From Paraglomus brasilianum (Eukaryota): a stretch of 40,856 nucleotides of DNA. Of the stretch, positions 1 to 13,329 are shown piece by piece (the stretch's first letter is position 1; every line of letters starts with the position of its first letter). The notes under the pieces were generated by a model. The model had not been told where the DNA came from. It worked only from the letters and a program-made list of their open reading frames with translations, and ran no database searches. The DNA lies in contig CAJVPI010000228.1 of assembly GCA_910592345.1 (NCBI GenBank), positions 1 through 40,856 on the forward strand, given 5' to 3'. Position numbers and translations under genes: made by a program.

Positions 1-397
1 TCTAGCTGAAACTCCTGCTGCTTATATATCTTTCGATCAGTCTAATTGAGCTATTTTTAGCAGCTACTTCTAATGTTCTATTGATAATTAAGCTGTATAC
101 ATCTGAATAATTCGAAGTGCTTCTGTTAGTGACTTTTTCACTGACTCTTTCACTAACCGTACTACAGTGCCGAAATGTTCGTTACACCGTTAGTGAAATT
201 TTCACTAACCGCTTCACTAACATTTATTTGTACCTCCGACAGGGTCCGTACTACCCACACTGAAATCCGCAGCTGCGCTGGTGTTACCGCCGATTGATTT
301 GGACTGCGGCACCGCTATAAGAACGCAGAAATAAGGAGAGAATACGTCATCGATTGTGGCGCATCACAGGGACCAAAAAATCTGGAATTACAAAGTA

Positions 398-1095
398 CCG
401 TATTTCTCCGACACCCATGATCTATACCCTGTGGCAATTTTGAAGGCCAAATTTTGATTTATACCCAGGTATTAGTTATGGTATCCCTCCGGCATATAAC
501 CCCCCTGTGATTTGTACCCTCCTTCTAACAGCCAATTAAAATTTATAAAATTTAAGATCAGATAACACAAAATTTGATCAGTAAATAACAACAAATTTTA
601 TTAAACTATGATTATTCCCAAACTTTACTGCCTCCGACTTCTTCATATTCTTCACCGTTAATACTATTGAAATTCATTACTTCAGAATTTTCATTATTTT
701 CATTCTCATCTAACAATTCATAATCACACACCACATCATCTTCTGTCCCGTCCATTTTGACTGAAACACCATCAACTTCTTCCCATGAATCTCTTACCCA
801 TTGAGCAAGAGTACCGTAGGGTGGTTTGCAGTTGCAGAATCCACAAGGCCATATACTAAGTCAAGACATGAGACACTGAGAGACTTATGATGAGCAGATA
901 AATAATCTGAATCGTAATTGAATTTTATTAGTAGTATCTAATAATGCGCGTTAATTATAATATACAATTTCGAGAACATGATTCCGCAACCAATAGAAGT
1001 TTAAAGAAACAAATCGAGATATGTACCCCCCCACACACACACGAGTACCTCGGGTACTAAAACAAACAAGGGGAATACCTGTCGGAGAAATACAG
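398..1095 (-). mobile_element. Internally deleted pogo/Tigger-type (Tc1/mariner superfamily) DNA transposon with a transposase C-terminal remnant
   Basis: 16-bp TIRs CCGTATTTCTCCGACA (398-413) and TGTCGGAGAAATACAG (1080-1095; 1 mismatch), each flanked by TA (396-397, 1096-1097). The minus strand at about 610-825 reads PPYGTLAQWVRDSWEEVDGVSVKMDGTEDD followed by an acidic tail, matching the W-x-x-x-x-W ... DGTEDD end of pogo DDE_1 transposases. Confidence 0.85.
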
Positions 1096-1149
1096 TACAC
1101 ATTATGCAAGAACAATGGTGCAAAAAAAGTTTCTTTCATTGATTGTACT

Positions 1150-1952
1150 AACCCAATTAGGGTTGATTATGGAATATCATCTTCTACATTTCTTTAACAA
1201 TACTCCAGAGATTCTCTATTGGATTTAGGTCAGACTGTTAGAAGGCTGTCTATTACCTCAGGTATGTTATCCTGAAGAAAGTTTTTTGTGAGGCGGACTA
1301 GTATGTTTTGGGTTGTTGTCTTGTTGAAAACGCCTAACAAGTCTTCAATTTCTGGAAGTTGTCCCCAGAGTATGTCAACACATCCATTATTTCAGAAAAA
1401 CGATTTTACCATTTATGCAGAATCCTCCCTTTGCTTGATCCTTTGGCATAGAATGTGCTGGCCACTGTCCTTTATGTCTGTGCTCTCTACAGGATTTCGG
1501 AAGAGCTGAAAAGCAGTTTAAACAACGTATTTTTCCAATCATCATTAAGATGATTTTAATTTGAGCCCACTCAACACACTGATGTTCGTGATCATCAGTC
1601 AATATTGGCATTGCTCTTGGCAGAGTTTTTTGATAGCCACTTCTCACCAAATGCCTTTCTACTGTTCCATAGGATATGTTCATTATGCTTGAGGATAATT
1701 TTGTTGCCAAAGTCCTTGTTGAAATGGAAGAATCCCTCCAAATATATTGGGCTAATGTTCTTTATGCATTAGCTTCAATCTTTCTTGGGCGACTGCTTCT
1801 TTCTATATGCTGAACAGTTCCAGATTGTTTAAGTTTTCATAGACTGTCCTACTGGAAATACCAGTTCGTTTTTAAATCTCTGCAGTATTCTGAATGCCTT
1901 GATCCCACAATTGTTGTATAGCTTGGCAATTTGTCTCTTGTCTGGAAGTCAT
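1150..1952 (-). pseudogene. Decayed Tc1-family transposase (HTH region plus DDE domain)
   Basis: ATG at 1952-1950 gives MTSRQETNCQAIQQLWDQGIQNTAEI*KRTGISSRTVY...SGTVQH...RPRKI with in-frame stops. It continues into ORF 1387-1710 (LPRAMPILTDDHEHQCVEWAQ), then frameshifted Tc1 motifs RFQQDNNPKHTS and PSNS...NPIENLWSIVK near 1195-1335. TIRs were not confidently found. Confidence 0.85.
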
Positions 1953-2590
1953 CGTTCTAATTGTGGATGTTTCTCGAATAGGATTAGTGCAAAATACTTA
2001 TAAATTAGCAGTTCAAAATGAATAAATATAAAATTCTTCATTTTACATTTTACATTGTTTAAGATATGATGTTAAAGCAAAAATTTCGGTTTTTTTTGTC
2101 CCACATTATGTCAGCGGAGCGATTCGCCGGAAAATGGTGGGTTGAATCTGCCGTAAGTGGAGCATCGAAATAATCGCAAGACTAAGTCAAATGTTACAAT
2201 AAAGTAGAAACTACCATATACCATGCTTTTGTTTCTAAAATTATGATTTGTTGGAACCACTTTTTCCAATTACATAGGGAAAAATCTTTCTCTGATTTTA
2301 TTGCTTAAAAATTTATGTTGTGGCCTGACGAGGTTTTTACTATCGCCATTAGTCAAGAAACCCACACATTTATCCCACATCTACCCCACTACTAAGTACC
2401 ACACTCTTTTCAACATAATATCTCCCCCTCAACATGTAAAATTTCTTTTCCTTTCCTGAGCTGTCTAACTTATATTCTTTATTTCACTCCAGTATGTAAT
2501 ATTAGGGAGCTGATGTTAAAACTAGCTGTAGCACGTATGTGCAGCTTGGAAATAAAGTCTCACACTATTGATTTCTTGACTATAATTTAA

Positions 2591-2966
2591 CCCACACTTT
2601 TAACGTCGCGCAGTATAATTCCTATATAAGGAACATTAATTCCGGTCATCAGTGTGTTAAACACTACCGTCAAACCTGCGATACTGCTTAAAACCGATAT
2701 TACATATTAACATTAATATAGACCTCGCAAACCCGATAAACCGATATTTTTTTTTTGGCGATAGTCATAATCGATACAAATTACGTGACCCGATTATTGC
2801 AATTTCATTGGTCAACCAATGATCACGTATCAATTCTACGTACTGTATGAAGATTTCGCATTAGCCAATAAGAAGCAAAAACCTCGAAAAACCGATAGGA
2901 AATGGCGAGGACAGCCACATTGGGTTTCCGAGGTTAGGAATATACTGACGACGTTAAAAGTGTGGG
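2591..2966. mobile_element. piggyBac-like MITE (about 376 bp)
   Basis: About 33-bp imperfect TIRs CCCACACTTTTAACGTCG..CAGTATA.TTCCTA at 2591 and the reverse complement ending at 2966. CCC...GGG termini; left flank TTAA, right flank ATAA. A second inner inverted pair ACCTCG.AAACCC lies at 2722 and about 2919-2934. Confidence 0.7.
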
Positions 2967-4641
2967 ATAACTTTGTGGGATAATATGACTATAATGCAAT
3001 CACATAGCATATACAGCAGCATCCTAGTACTATCCCCGTATCCATAAACGTACAGGTTTGTAAAACCTTTTTTAAGGGGGCAAATTGAAAAAGTGGAAAA
3101 CAGCAGCTGGGGCAAGTATTTTAAGATGACAATCAAGAAAACGATGCAATGGGCAAAAAAACGTAATCAAAGCCCTATTGAAATGGTCTAATAAAAATTA
3201 ATATCCGGGAAAAAGTAAAGGGTGGAAGGGAAAACTTGCAAAAGAATGAACCGCTTCTCTCCAGGGTTAGCAGAATTCTCAGCATGCTATCTGCTTCAAA
3301 TTTCTAAGAAGCTAGTGAGCTAATTTGATTAACACAAATTATCCTGAAGCGGTTAGGGCAAAACTGATCTCCCGATTACGGGGATTCCGCCTATTAGGAA
3401 TAATGTCTACCGAACGTGCTAAGAATGGGTCGGAAACTTTGATATTGAAGCCTTTATTATATCAGTATAACGAATGTATATACCGTTTCAAATAAGAACT
3501 TTATTTCATACAAATGAAATCAATCGGCTAACTGTCTCTTCGATGAACATTCGGTCCCATTATAGCTCTGTATGCTACAAATTTAACCAAGAGCCAGACT
3601 CTAACAATTTTCATCCGTCCCTAAAACAAAGGGACAGATACTAGTTCGCTAATACTTATACAATGTACCTTATCAGTATGCACGCCGTGTGATTTTGTGT
3701 ACCAAAGCAACAGCTGAGCCTATTGTCTCGGTCCAAATTATAAGTCATGTGATTATAATCGTTTCCATGGTTAGCCTGAAATTGTCTTACATATCGATAT
3801 ACATTCTTGTTACGGATGCATTCTTTTGTTGTGACAATGGGCTTAAAAATGATGTCTGGAATAAAACCAATTGAGGGATTTGATTCTATTTTAAAAATTT
3901 ATCCGCTGAGATCGTTGGCTCATTAGATTTGAAATAAAATAGTCTCAACACGGCGAAATTTACAAAAACATCTTATTTGCTAACACTCTACCAGTTATCC
4001 TATGAGCTAAACATGAAGGTTCCTCTAATAAGTCCTTAACCCTCACTGATTTATGAGATTTATGGGCGTCGTGTCTTAACTGATTGGATATTGAGTTGTG
4101 ATCTGTCTAAGATTTAAGATTTTATAAAATTTTAAATAAGAATGGCATTTTCTTTCGGATAAAACGGCTGTATGTCACTCGAGTACGACTGTTGGTTTTT
4201 GAGTTAGGGATAGATATCATCACTATGCATTTTACGGCGTTGTGGTGTAACGTCACCATGCAGGAGGCAAGTCGACACTCGCTTGGGTTGCGTGTTTTCT
4301 TATGCCTGACAAAGCGGCGTAAACCTAAATTCCAATCCGACATGTGACTGTTTATTAACCTTCAGTAAAAGCTTTCCATACTATTATACTATTGATCTAT
4401 AAGGAGGTTTGTCTATTATTTTATTACTTAATTAAGCTCCGTGTTTGAATTCGTATCATGGATCAAAACGCCACTTCACAACAATACCATTGATTTAGCT
4501 ATGCGAGAGAAACGGGTCTGCATGGCAGTCGTATCACAGCAGCGATACGACAAACAGTTAGCATAAATGCAGACAACATTCAAAGCTGAAGACCAACTCT
4601 TTTTCTTCTGATAGAGTTGAAATCTACACAACTTAGTCAAC

Positions 4642-5013
4642 ATGTCGGTCAGCGTTTGTGCGCATTCTGTTGTTGTTGCTGTTATAACAGTGCTCATTAC
4701 CGTCTGGTTGTGGAAGAGGACACGTTGCCCTCTACGAACGATATTGGTACGCAAAAATTCTTTCACTTGTTAATTATAACCAACACAATTGTTGACAATA
4801 CTATTTTACTACTCAATAAAGAACGATATCATTCAACCTATCTGCAATGTTGTTGCTGGTCTCCATGAATTATTCACACCTTTTGAGCGTAATATTCGTA
4901 TTCAATTAGAGATCTTTGGAAATCATCTGATGGAGCTTATTCCTACGTTGGCGGAATGGCTATCGGCGAAACGAATCCGACGTAAGATGGCGATCAGCAA
5001 TATTATTAATTGA
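4642..5013 (+). CDS. Predicted 98-aa two-exon protein (4642-4746, 4822-5013) with a hydrophobic N-terminal segment, a degenerate Myb-like C-terminal half and a MAISNIIN tail
   Basis: A phase-0 intron GTACGC...AAG (4747-4821, 75 nt) joins MSVSVCAHSVVVAVITVLITVWLWKRTRCPLRTIL to NDIIQPIC...LFTPFERNIRIQLEIFGNHL...AEWLSAKRIRRKMAISNIIN*. Exon 2 aligns by eye to exon 3 of the Myb gene at 37 kb. Confidence 0.45.
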
Positions 5014-5036
5014 ATAAGAGGCATTCATATTGTGAC

Positions 5037-5077
5037 AAGCATGTATGGTAAGCATGTATGGTAAGCATGTATGGTAA
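5037..5077. repeat. 13-bp tandem repeat, 3 copies
   Basis: AAGCATGTATGGT repeated three times just downstream of the stop at 5013. Confidence 0.9.
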
Positions 5078-7019
5078 ATAAATGTTATGCTGACATCCCA
5101 TAATACTAATAACAGCTTTGTTTCTAAAGGTATGGATAAGACTAAAATTGCTCCATCTTTATCATTTTCATGTAAAGAGACCGGGAATCATCCATCCCTT
5201 TTACTTTACACAGTTCATACCAAAATCATGTAATATTGTTACAGGGAAATAAACAAGCCGGAAAGTCACGTAAAAGATGGTGGGGAGCCCACGATCACAA
5301 TTTAACAGATAAGGGTAGCAGCACGCAGCACTTGATTTTCGGTAGCACCATTACTGACAATCGGGGCAATCAACACAGCGCAGTTGTTTGCTAAAAAACC
5401 GTTTTTATGTACAGACAAATCTGTTTATACCGATACGTTATTTCTATCGATTATAACGAGTTCAATATACTGCCGACTCTTTCCCTTAGAGAATATGCAA
5501 TGGTGTAACACGGTTTGATACTAATAGATGATGGTTTGCCTTATTTTCTCGAAGACCGCTTCACGATTCAAGCGCAATTTATTGACTAATGGTTATGTTC
5601 GTATACGTTTAATTGCAATTAACTGGCCAACAAGTTTAAATTTATGATAGCTGTAAAGCCTGTCTCTTTATATTGTCAAAACTACATTTATTTGATTGTC
5701 CGATATTTGAACTGAAATATGGCTTGATTCAATGGGCTGATATCAAAACGTATGTTCTGCAAACATAACTCGTATAGGCTAATGGGTTCAATGTTCGGTA
5801 ACAATACTAAGCACAATTTACCGATTGATGGAATGACTGACTTGGCATAAATCACAACCCGATCGGCATTTTTTTTTTTCGCTAAACATATACAGTATAG
5901 CATGATTTTTGTGCAACAAACATCTGTCATTACGGTGCATAATCTAAGAAAAAAAAAAGGGGTAGTTACTGAGGCTTAGTATTAGTGAACCGGGATGGTG
6001 CAGACACTTTTTGAGGGATTCGGCACATATGTCAAAATTATGGTATACACATTGATATATAAAGAAGTTCTGTCATATCTTTATAGTACACGTAATTCAA
6101 GATTTCTTATTGCCGAACAATCTCAATTTCTGTTTCATGAGTCTCATTCCGAGCAGTAGATCGAGCACTTGACAACTCCATTCAGGATACAATCGCAATT
6201 TAGCGAAGACTTTATTCATACTTGACTTATACATAATAAAGATTGTACCATAAGTATATAACGACAGTAGCATAACGATTATTGTACAAACTTCGTGTTA
6301 TCGAGGGAACTTCGTTATATTCAAACAATTTCACTATTAAAATTTTCCGTGTAGCAAAAAGGCTTCGTTATAAGCCAAACTCATTCGTTATAATCCTATC
6401 ACCATTTTCCCAGAACTTGCATTATATTAAAATTTCTATCATGTGCGAGGAAAGGATAAAACTTGCAGCACTAATTTTTAGAAAGTTAAATTAACGGTGG
6501 TTGTCTGATTTACATTTAATCACGTACCTCGGTTGCTGATTGTATTATCCTAACGTTCGTCAAGTAACAAATCATGGTACTGTTAGGGCAATTAAAGATA
6601 GAATTCGATATAAAAACCTTGACGTTGCTGTTTATCGTTATTGCAGTGAGCGATATAGTAATTTGCTTGCATTATAACTCGATCGCGTACTTTTGTTCAG
6701 TACGTCAGAAACTGGTAGATGATACACAATCGACTTGTTTTTTTTCTTATTTGACGTTGAAAAATAAATAGTTCAATAAATCCTGGATACTTTCTAATCG
6801 TATGATCTAGTGACATATTTTAAGAACGTTCTGTTTTTTAATCGTATGCTTGCAGTGCTCTGGTTGTTTATTCTAATACATGCTTAGCAATCATACGATA
6901 TAATATTACAATAATAAGCCTTTGTACCGTAAGAGCTGTGACCAAGTCAGTCTCGTCGGCCAACCTCTAATGACCAAACTTATCGAGAATCGCGTGAATA
7001 AACCTTTAATTAAGCCTTT

Positions 7020-7680
7020 TATTAATGTGTTAATGTCATTAGACGCATTAGACGACCAACTATCCGGATCGCTTTCGAGTTCAGGAGATTGTTTAACAGC
7101 CCATTTTACAGTACAACTGATATCTAAATCTCATTCATACCAAGGTCAGAATTCTTGAGAAGGGTGATCAAAGTCTCTTTGGTAAGCGTGCAATATCATT
7201 CGATTTAAAAATTATGTCCGGGTGTGAAGCCATAATTCGATTGCAGCAGGACAGTAGGTTTTTTGAGAACCCCGCAGATAGAGCATACTTGTGAATTGTA
7301 AGGATATTTTGCTGGATCCATTCCGTCTGTGTATTGATCACATATTTTTCAATTACAACGAGAAGATCATACAACTCAAACATGTTAGCTCTATTCAAAA
7401 GGCTAATCCAGCTGATATCCTTGCATGAATCATAGGATATTCGCCCAGTGTAGATAAATCTGTATAACGATTATGTTGGCAGTAAATAATGACGGTGTGT
7501 TTGAAACATACACATCTCTCTGAAAAACGCGCTTTTTACACATATGAGGTTATCTAAACAAGACGAAAGGCAAATCAACAATGTTATTCGTTTCGTCAAA
7601 GTTTGAAGAAGACATGTCGGCAGGTGTGGTGGTTATTTCGGTAAGCTGTTCTTGATCTATTGATAGTAGCATTCTTAATA
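7020..7680 (-). pseudogene. BTB/POZ-BACK domain protein remnant
   Basis: Minus strand FIYTGRISYD...ANMFELYDLLVVIEKYVINTQTEWIQQNILTIHKYA...LLSCCNRIMASHPDIIFKSNDIARLPK, then frameshifted ETLITLLKNSDLGMNEI* and VKWAVKQSPELESDPDSWSS. These match the BTB end and BACK signature. Probable intron 7460-7511; stops and frameshifts present. Confidence 0.8.
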
Positions 7681-8129
7681 AGTTTGGCTCGACAGCGCTG
7701 ATGGGATAATAACAATAAATATGAAATATGACAATAGTTACGGGCAGCCAAAACGCTTTTGTGATCTTCTATTAGTAGTTCGCGTGTGTGTCATGTTAAG
7801 GGCATCGAATTCTAATTAGCGGTTCAGATTATCATAAAGCGATAGGAAATTGGCTCGTACTGCATTTATTCAGTAAATAGTTTAATTAATTTATCCTATT
7901 GGTTTTCCTGAATGAATTAACTGTTATATTTACACAAAGGGTGCGTTTCTTTTCCTCGCTACTATTATGCTATTCAGCACAAGCATGAGCTAATTGGTAA
8001 GCCCATAATTTCTTTAGCTTCCTCTCATGAAAGTCGATAGCCATCAAATTCTACGAAAGATCAAATGTTGCTGTTGAGTGAAATGAAGCATAGCACTAAG
8101 ATATCATAACCAAGCTATGATGCATACCA

Positions 8130-8960
8130 TCTGGTAGAGTAAAACATCCCATAGAATAAGCAGACGAGTTGGATCTCTGAACCTCTCTCTCTGTCTTGTG
8201 CTCAGGGTCTGATTCACTTTTCTTTCTTCAAAACCTTCACCATTCTAACCTCTTCCTGAGCAAGCTGTTATTAAGTTATATTATAATTCAGTAAATCAAT
8301 GATTTCTATCTACTTACATATCAACCCTTATAATATTAAGGGGTTCTTTCAAAACAACTAATCAACTCTTTTCTTCTCATCCATGACTATGTCTAAATCC
8401 TTGACTGTCTGTGTCGAAATAGTGTTGATTTTGTATGATCGAGATTCGTTCTGCCACTCAGTATGCTGGTAAGCTGGTTGAGCGTTGATTGCTAGAATTG
8501 TGTGGGATCCAAAATCATATCAATCGTAAAGAACAAATATCCCGCAACTTTTCTCAAGCGACAATGTAAGCAGTCTTACCAGATTCTCGATTTTAGCCAT
8601 TTATTCACGGTACTCACAATTATGTCGAATTCGTTAATTTTATCATCGGTTCGAATGTCGTTGCTTGTTTGTTCAAGCGTTGGTGTTTCGACGTCAGATT
8701 CTGCTAATTGATACGTATCCAAAACCTGCACGTCCCGTGTGCGTGTCGACAGACATCACTTGTTCCCTTCGTCGACAAGCACATTTCCTCCGTGCACAGC
8801 ACGGTGGGTGAGCTGCAACGTTGAGAGTTTGGTAGCAAGGTGGATATGCTGTAACCTTGGTGTTATCAACGTAAGCACTGACTGGTATGCTGATCTTCAA
8901 TTGGCCGGTGTTCCGTCATCGTCACACGTACTTTCAGATATTCTTGAATCAAAAGAAGAC
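8130..8960 (-). pseudogene. Degraded multi-exon gene, possibly a protein kinase-like relic
   Basis: Minus frame LATKLSTLQLTHRAVHGGNVLVDEG (about 8765-8845) resembles a HRDLHxGNIL catalytic loop. Intron-like GTAAGA...TAG and GTAAGT...CAG pairs near 8495-8580 and 8266-8318; several stops. Confidence 0.35.
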
Positions 8961-11486
8961 GTTAAGTAGTAAAGCACATGCCACAAATCTTATTAATAAA
9001 TTTATAAAACACCAATACATAGATTTTGCAACCTACAGATTAATAGTCATGTTGTTATAGTTTTTTATCAGAAATCTCATAATGCAATTCTTTTACAACT
9101 ACGCAAAATATTTTTGACACGCCATACGTTATCTCTTAACTGTGTGCACATATTATCGTAACGCAAAAAACGTTTGTTGTACATATTACATAAATTAATA
9201 ATATGCTAATATTGTTATTCTTATTGCACTTTCTAATAGCCCTATTTGGCTTTATCTAACCTGTTTTACCGCCTGTCAGTTTGAGATTCATGATCGATCG
9301 TTTAACCAAATATTATTGCATGCCAAGTAGCCCCATTAAATTTTGCAATAAACCCTTTAGATTAATTTTAGTGAAAGAGTCATTTGTGCGTGTGCGGCGT
9401 AATTGAATAAGCAATTGCAAATTGTCTCCAATTCTAGGAGTAATTATATGATTAACCACTTAACCTACGAGAAATGAATTACATCGATTGCAAAAATAAA
9501 AAATTCCATGTTTGCTATATCTGGGGGGAAACAACTAGACACGAAGAGATTCACAAGTGTTAATTACTGCCGAGGAAATATTTAAACGCTACGCAGTTCG
9601 GTATAATTCGATCGTTTAACAAGTCGAGCAATGTGAATGTGATAGAGTTACGTCTAATTGGACAGAGAACAATACAATTGATATTGATATTATATGGTAT
9701 TATATCTTTCCTAATAACATCCGCAAAGTCTCAATTGTTGAAATCTGGAGCGTACCATACCAATCAGGCATTAAAAATGTCCTTACAAAACTATTACACC
9801 TTTCGATCAGTATAATGGCATTATTAAAACTTTACAGCCATAGCCTTATATTACCGCTGAAACCGTTCACTAAGTTCCATGTCAGTTGGAAGTATTAAAA
9901 CCATTTTGCACGATAAAAGTGAAATAAATGTGAGTTAAGGTTTTCATATAATTTTGGCAAATAACTATACTGGCTTGTTATTTTTGCTAGTGCTTAGCTT
10001 CAAATAGCAAGACAGTTCTTTCTAAAGAGAGACAATTCAGTAATTAATATTGGCAAGGCTGTTCACCGCGTATCTCTAGCATCGGTGGATTATGATGATA
10101 AAGCTCCACATAAATTAGAGGCTATCCACTAGCATCAGCAAGAAAATGAATGCATTGCTTCCCCAATGCCTCCCGTATATTTATTGTGATATATTGGATT
10201 AAAATGAAATTTTCTCTATTTAATATGGATAGGATTTAGGGTAACGTTTGTTAATAGAAGAGTATGTGTGGGATTCAGAGACTTAAAAGAGAACCCAAGA
10301 TTTTATTTAATCTGCCACATTTATTATGTGTGCCAAAATGCATTACATAATGCATATAATTTGATGACTAAGCCAAGCGGAATTGCACATGGTTAACTCT
10401 TAGTCACAAACAAACCCGAGTTGACTCCAGGGTCTTGGTCGCACTAATTTATTGCGCAATTAATTTGTGTATGTCACAAAGTTACATACATACAATGCTA
10501 TATTTATTTGCATTCGATTATTTTCAATTGGGGCACCATTGTGTATTTCCTAAATTCGAAAATAATTTTATTATCCATCTGTATTCATCAAACCACTGAT
10601 AAGCTTGGCGAAAATGCCTAAATGTCTTGTAACATTTCACTATCGTGTCCGTAGATTTAATTTTCACGTTATTATTATACCTTAGTATTGTTAGATTTAC
10701 ATTCAATCTTTTGCTCTAATACTGTCAAACTACTGGTCGTATCTGAACATGAATGTTGAACAGCCGTACACTATAAAATAATATTCTAAATTTATGATTG
10801 TTTTTTTTTTGTAGTATTGGTTCATTAGTTCATGCTGATGTTCGTTCTGAAGTCTCAGCCTCGTAGTCATGATAAGATTTGCTTATAACGTTTGATCGCG
10901 TTTTTGCCAAATCTAAACTCAAATAATTTGGTTGGTACTTAACATGCACGAGGGTGGACAGCACAGCCGCGTTTGAATTCAAGCTCCTTGTAATTTATTT
11001 CGTTCAAACATTAGTGACGCAAAAGCAATTCAAATGGAATGTGAGAATTTAACCGCAGTCACGTTAGTCTTAGAAATCATCATAGAAAAAAAGAATAATT
11101 GTACACACACAATATGCAATTGTTGTAACTGTAGCAGTCCACATCGACTATAGACATAGCGTATAAAATAGATAGCATTTTCTACCTCGCGCTTGTCGAT
11201 GCTGGTTGGTTTGTGACACTGCAATTAATGTTCTTTAATATAGGATCGTTATTTTATTTGTTAAGCAAATATTCCTTCAACTAAAGAATCCAAGTAAGAA
11301 AATGCTTTTTTTTATCTTTATCGATATTTCCTGTAGTGATGGACCAATGATTGCGAACGGTACGTTGAGCTTAAAGGGCGCAGAATTACGTAAACTACAT
11401 TGTGAAGAGTAAAGTAACTGGTTTTATTTTATATCGTAATATATGTAGTATTGTTTAATTGGTAATCAACTTCTAATTCTAAATTT

Positions 11487-11497
11487 TATATAAATAC
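11487..11497 (+). promoter_or_regulatory. TATA box of LDF-family copy A
   Basis: TATATAAATAC, 53 nt upstream of the ATG at 11551; the identical 11-mer precedes copy B on the minus strand. Confidence 0.6.
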
Positions 11498-11550
11498 AGA
11501 TATCTCAACATTGCCGGTCTCATAGCAACTACCTCCATTTCGCGGTTCTT

Positions 11551-12001
11551 ATGCCTAATATGCCTTACAAAATAAAAAAGGGTTTGTCGCGTGGTCGAAA
11601 ACCTCGAAAAATATCCAAAGTGCTAGATTTCACTGGCCAGCACGCTGTTATGCTGGTGGAGAAGCCACAGACACCAAGAGGAGCAGGAAAATCAATCCGA
11701 TGCGTTAACGGTAAAGAAGATCAACAGCTTATAACTACACTGGAAAAGTCTGTCAATATGGTGGACGGGTTGACACAGGAATTAGTTGGTAATAATGGGC
11801 TTAGAAACAAGGCACAGACTATTATTGGAAACGAGGTGCTTGCTCTCATGGTAAGAATTATGACACGAAACTAACTACTGTTATTAGAAAAACACTAAAA
11901 AGTCTACCGTACTATATAAATTGTTGTAGAGTACCGAGCAGCTTAATGAATATGCTAAATTCATTGAATTCAAGCTGCTAACAGTTAACTACAATCGATA
12001 A
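11551..12001 (+). CDS. Small basic protein of unknown function, LDF-family copy A (123 aa; exons 11551-11850, 11930-12001)
   Basis: MPNMPYKIKKGLSRGRKPRKISKVLDFTGQHAVMLVEK...LITTLEKSVNMVDGLTQELV...IGNEVLALM, then intron GTAAGA...TAG (79 nt, phase 0), then STEQLNEYAKFIEFKLLTVNYNR*. Both exons are homologous to paralogs at 22 kb and 28.4 kb. Confidence 0.8.
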
Positions 12002-13329
12002 ATATTTAAGTTCATATACAAATAAATAAGGGTTTTTTATGCAACAGTTTAATAAAACGTCGGGTTTTTCGGTGTTTACATCTAATTATTTACAGTGCTT
12101 GAGCATTTTGGTGAGATGTTTGTTGGATAATTCGATAAACAGTACGGCAGTTTGGAGGCAGTTTTGGGTAATTCTATTTTTTCGGTTTGATGCTCCACTG
12201 GTAGTGTCACCAATTAAGTTAATCATTCATGCAGGTGAATTATTCAGGGCTTGTTACACTTTAAGATCAACTTAGTACAAATGGTTTGTTCCTAATCGTA
12301 TGACATCTTTAAATTTATATAAAGGTACATGATAATTTCAATCAGCCTATTAATAGTGCAATTTTTAATATAACCATGTGGATATCAAATATAGCTTGTG
12401 ATCGAATACCGATTATTTGTATGCTACCGAAATTTTATATGTGAGATTTTCGTATGTGACCTCCTCTATTACTATGTTTGTAACACATGGATTATCGCCC
12501 CATTCATGCAGATTTAGACCATTACATATTCGATTATGCTTCTATTACATATGGTATTCTAATACTACATATTTTGTAATACGTCATGTGCACTAACTTA
12601 ACTCCTCTCATGATCCATTTTACTTGCAAAGCGAGGAATAAACTTTTAGATAATTAAAATATAACATCTCCATTAAAATTTTCCGACAATGATATGCATA
12701 TAATCACTTTACACCTAATTAGCGCAAATCTCTGCGAAACATGTTTCTAGCATTGCTAGTTTATATGTTAGAGTCAGAAAGTTTGGAATCTTTTGGTTTG
12801 CGCTCTGCACAATTATGTCTCACTGTCAGCTAACTGAATGAGTATATAACTGTAATACATTACGTCTAAATGATTTGTTTATAAATCTTGTTATATCATT
12901 ATTGTTAACATGGCGTCGTTTCATAACAATTATAAGCGCTCTATGTATTTGCGATCAAATTCATAGTCAAACTTATCTTGTGTCATACGGTATTATGACG
13001 TATGGTATGACTTGTACAGTAAGTTCTAATATTTAATTGAACACTTAACTATTCGAACTGGGATCTCAATGTTTGCATTTATTGCTAGAAAGACCCTTTA
13101 TTCTTTGAAGAGACGCTATGGAAAAGGTGGGGCTGCATTCTCAATTTCATAGAGGGATAGCGATGGGATGTCTTTATTGTTTCGCTTTATATGGTTGCAT
13201 ACAGTACTTGAATTTATGATTGTATCTAAATCGCATGTGCACCCAAAGAGTAAACTTTTATAAAGTTCCGTTTTTCATTTGGGTGTAATTCTACATCCAG
13301 AACGTTCCATCCATTATTGCACACGTATT

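Noticed and set aside
4617..4868. Cys-rich ORF (CAFCCCCC)
   Set aside because: The Cys run comes from a TGT triplet repeat, and the ORF crosses the predicted intron of the alternative-frame gene model.
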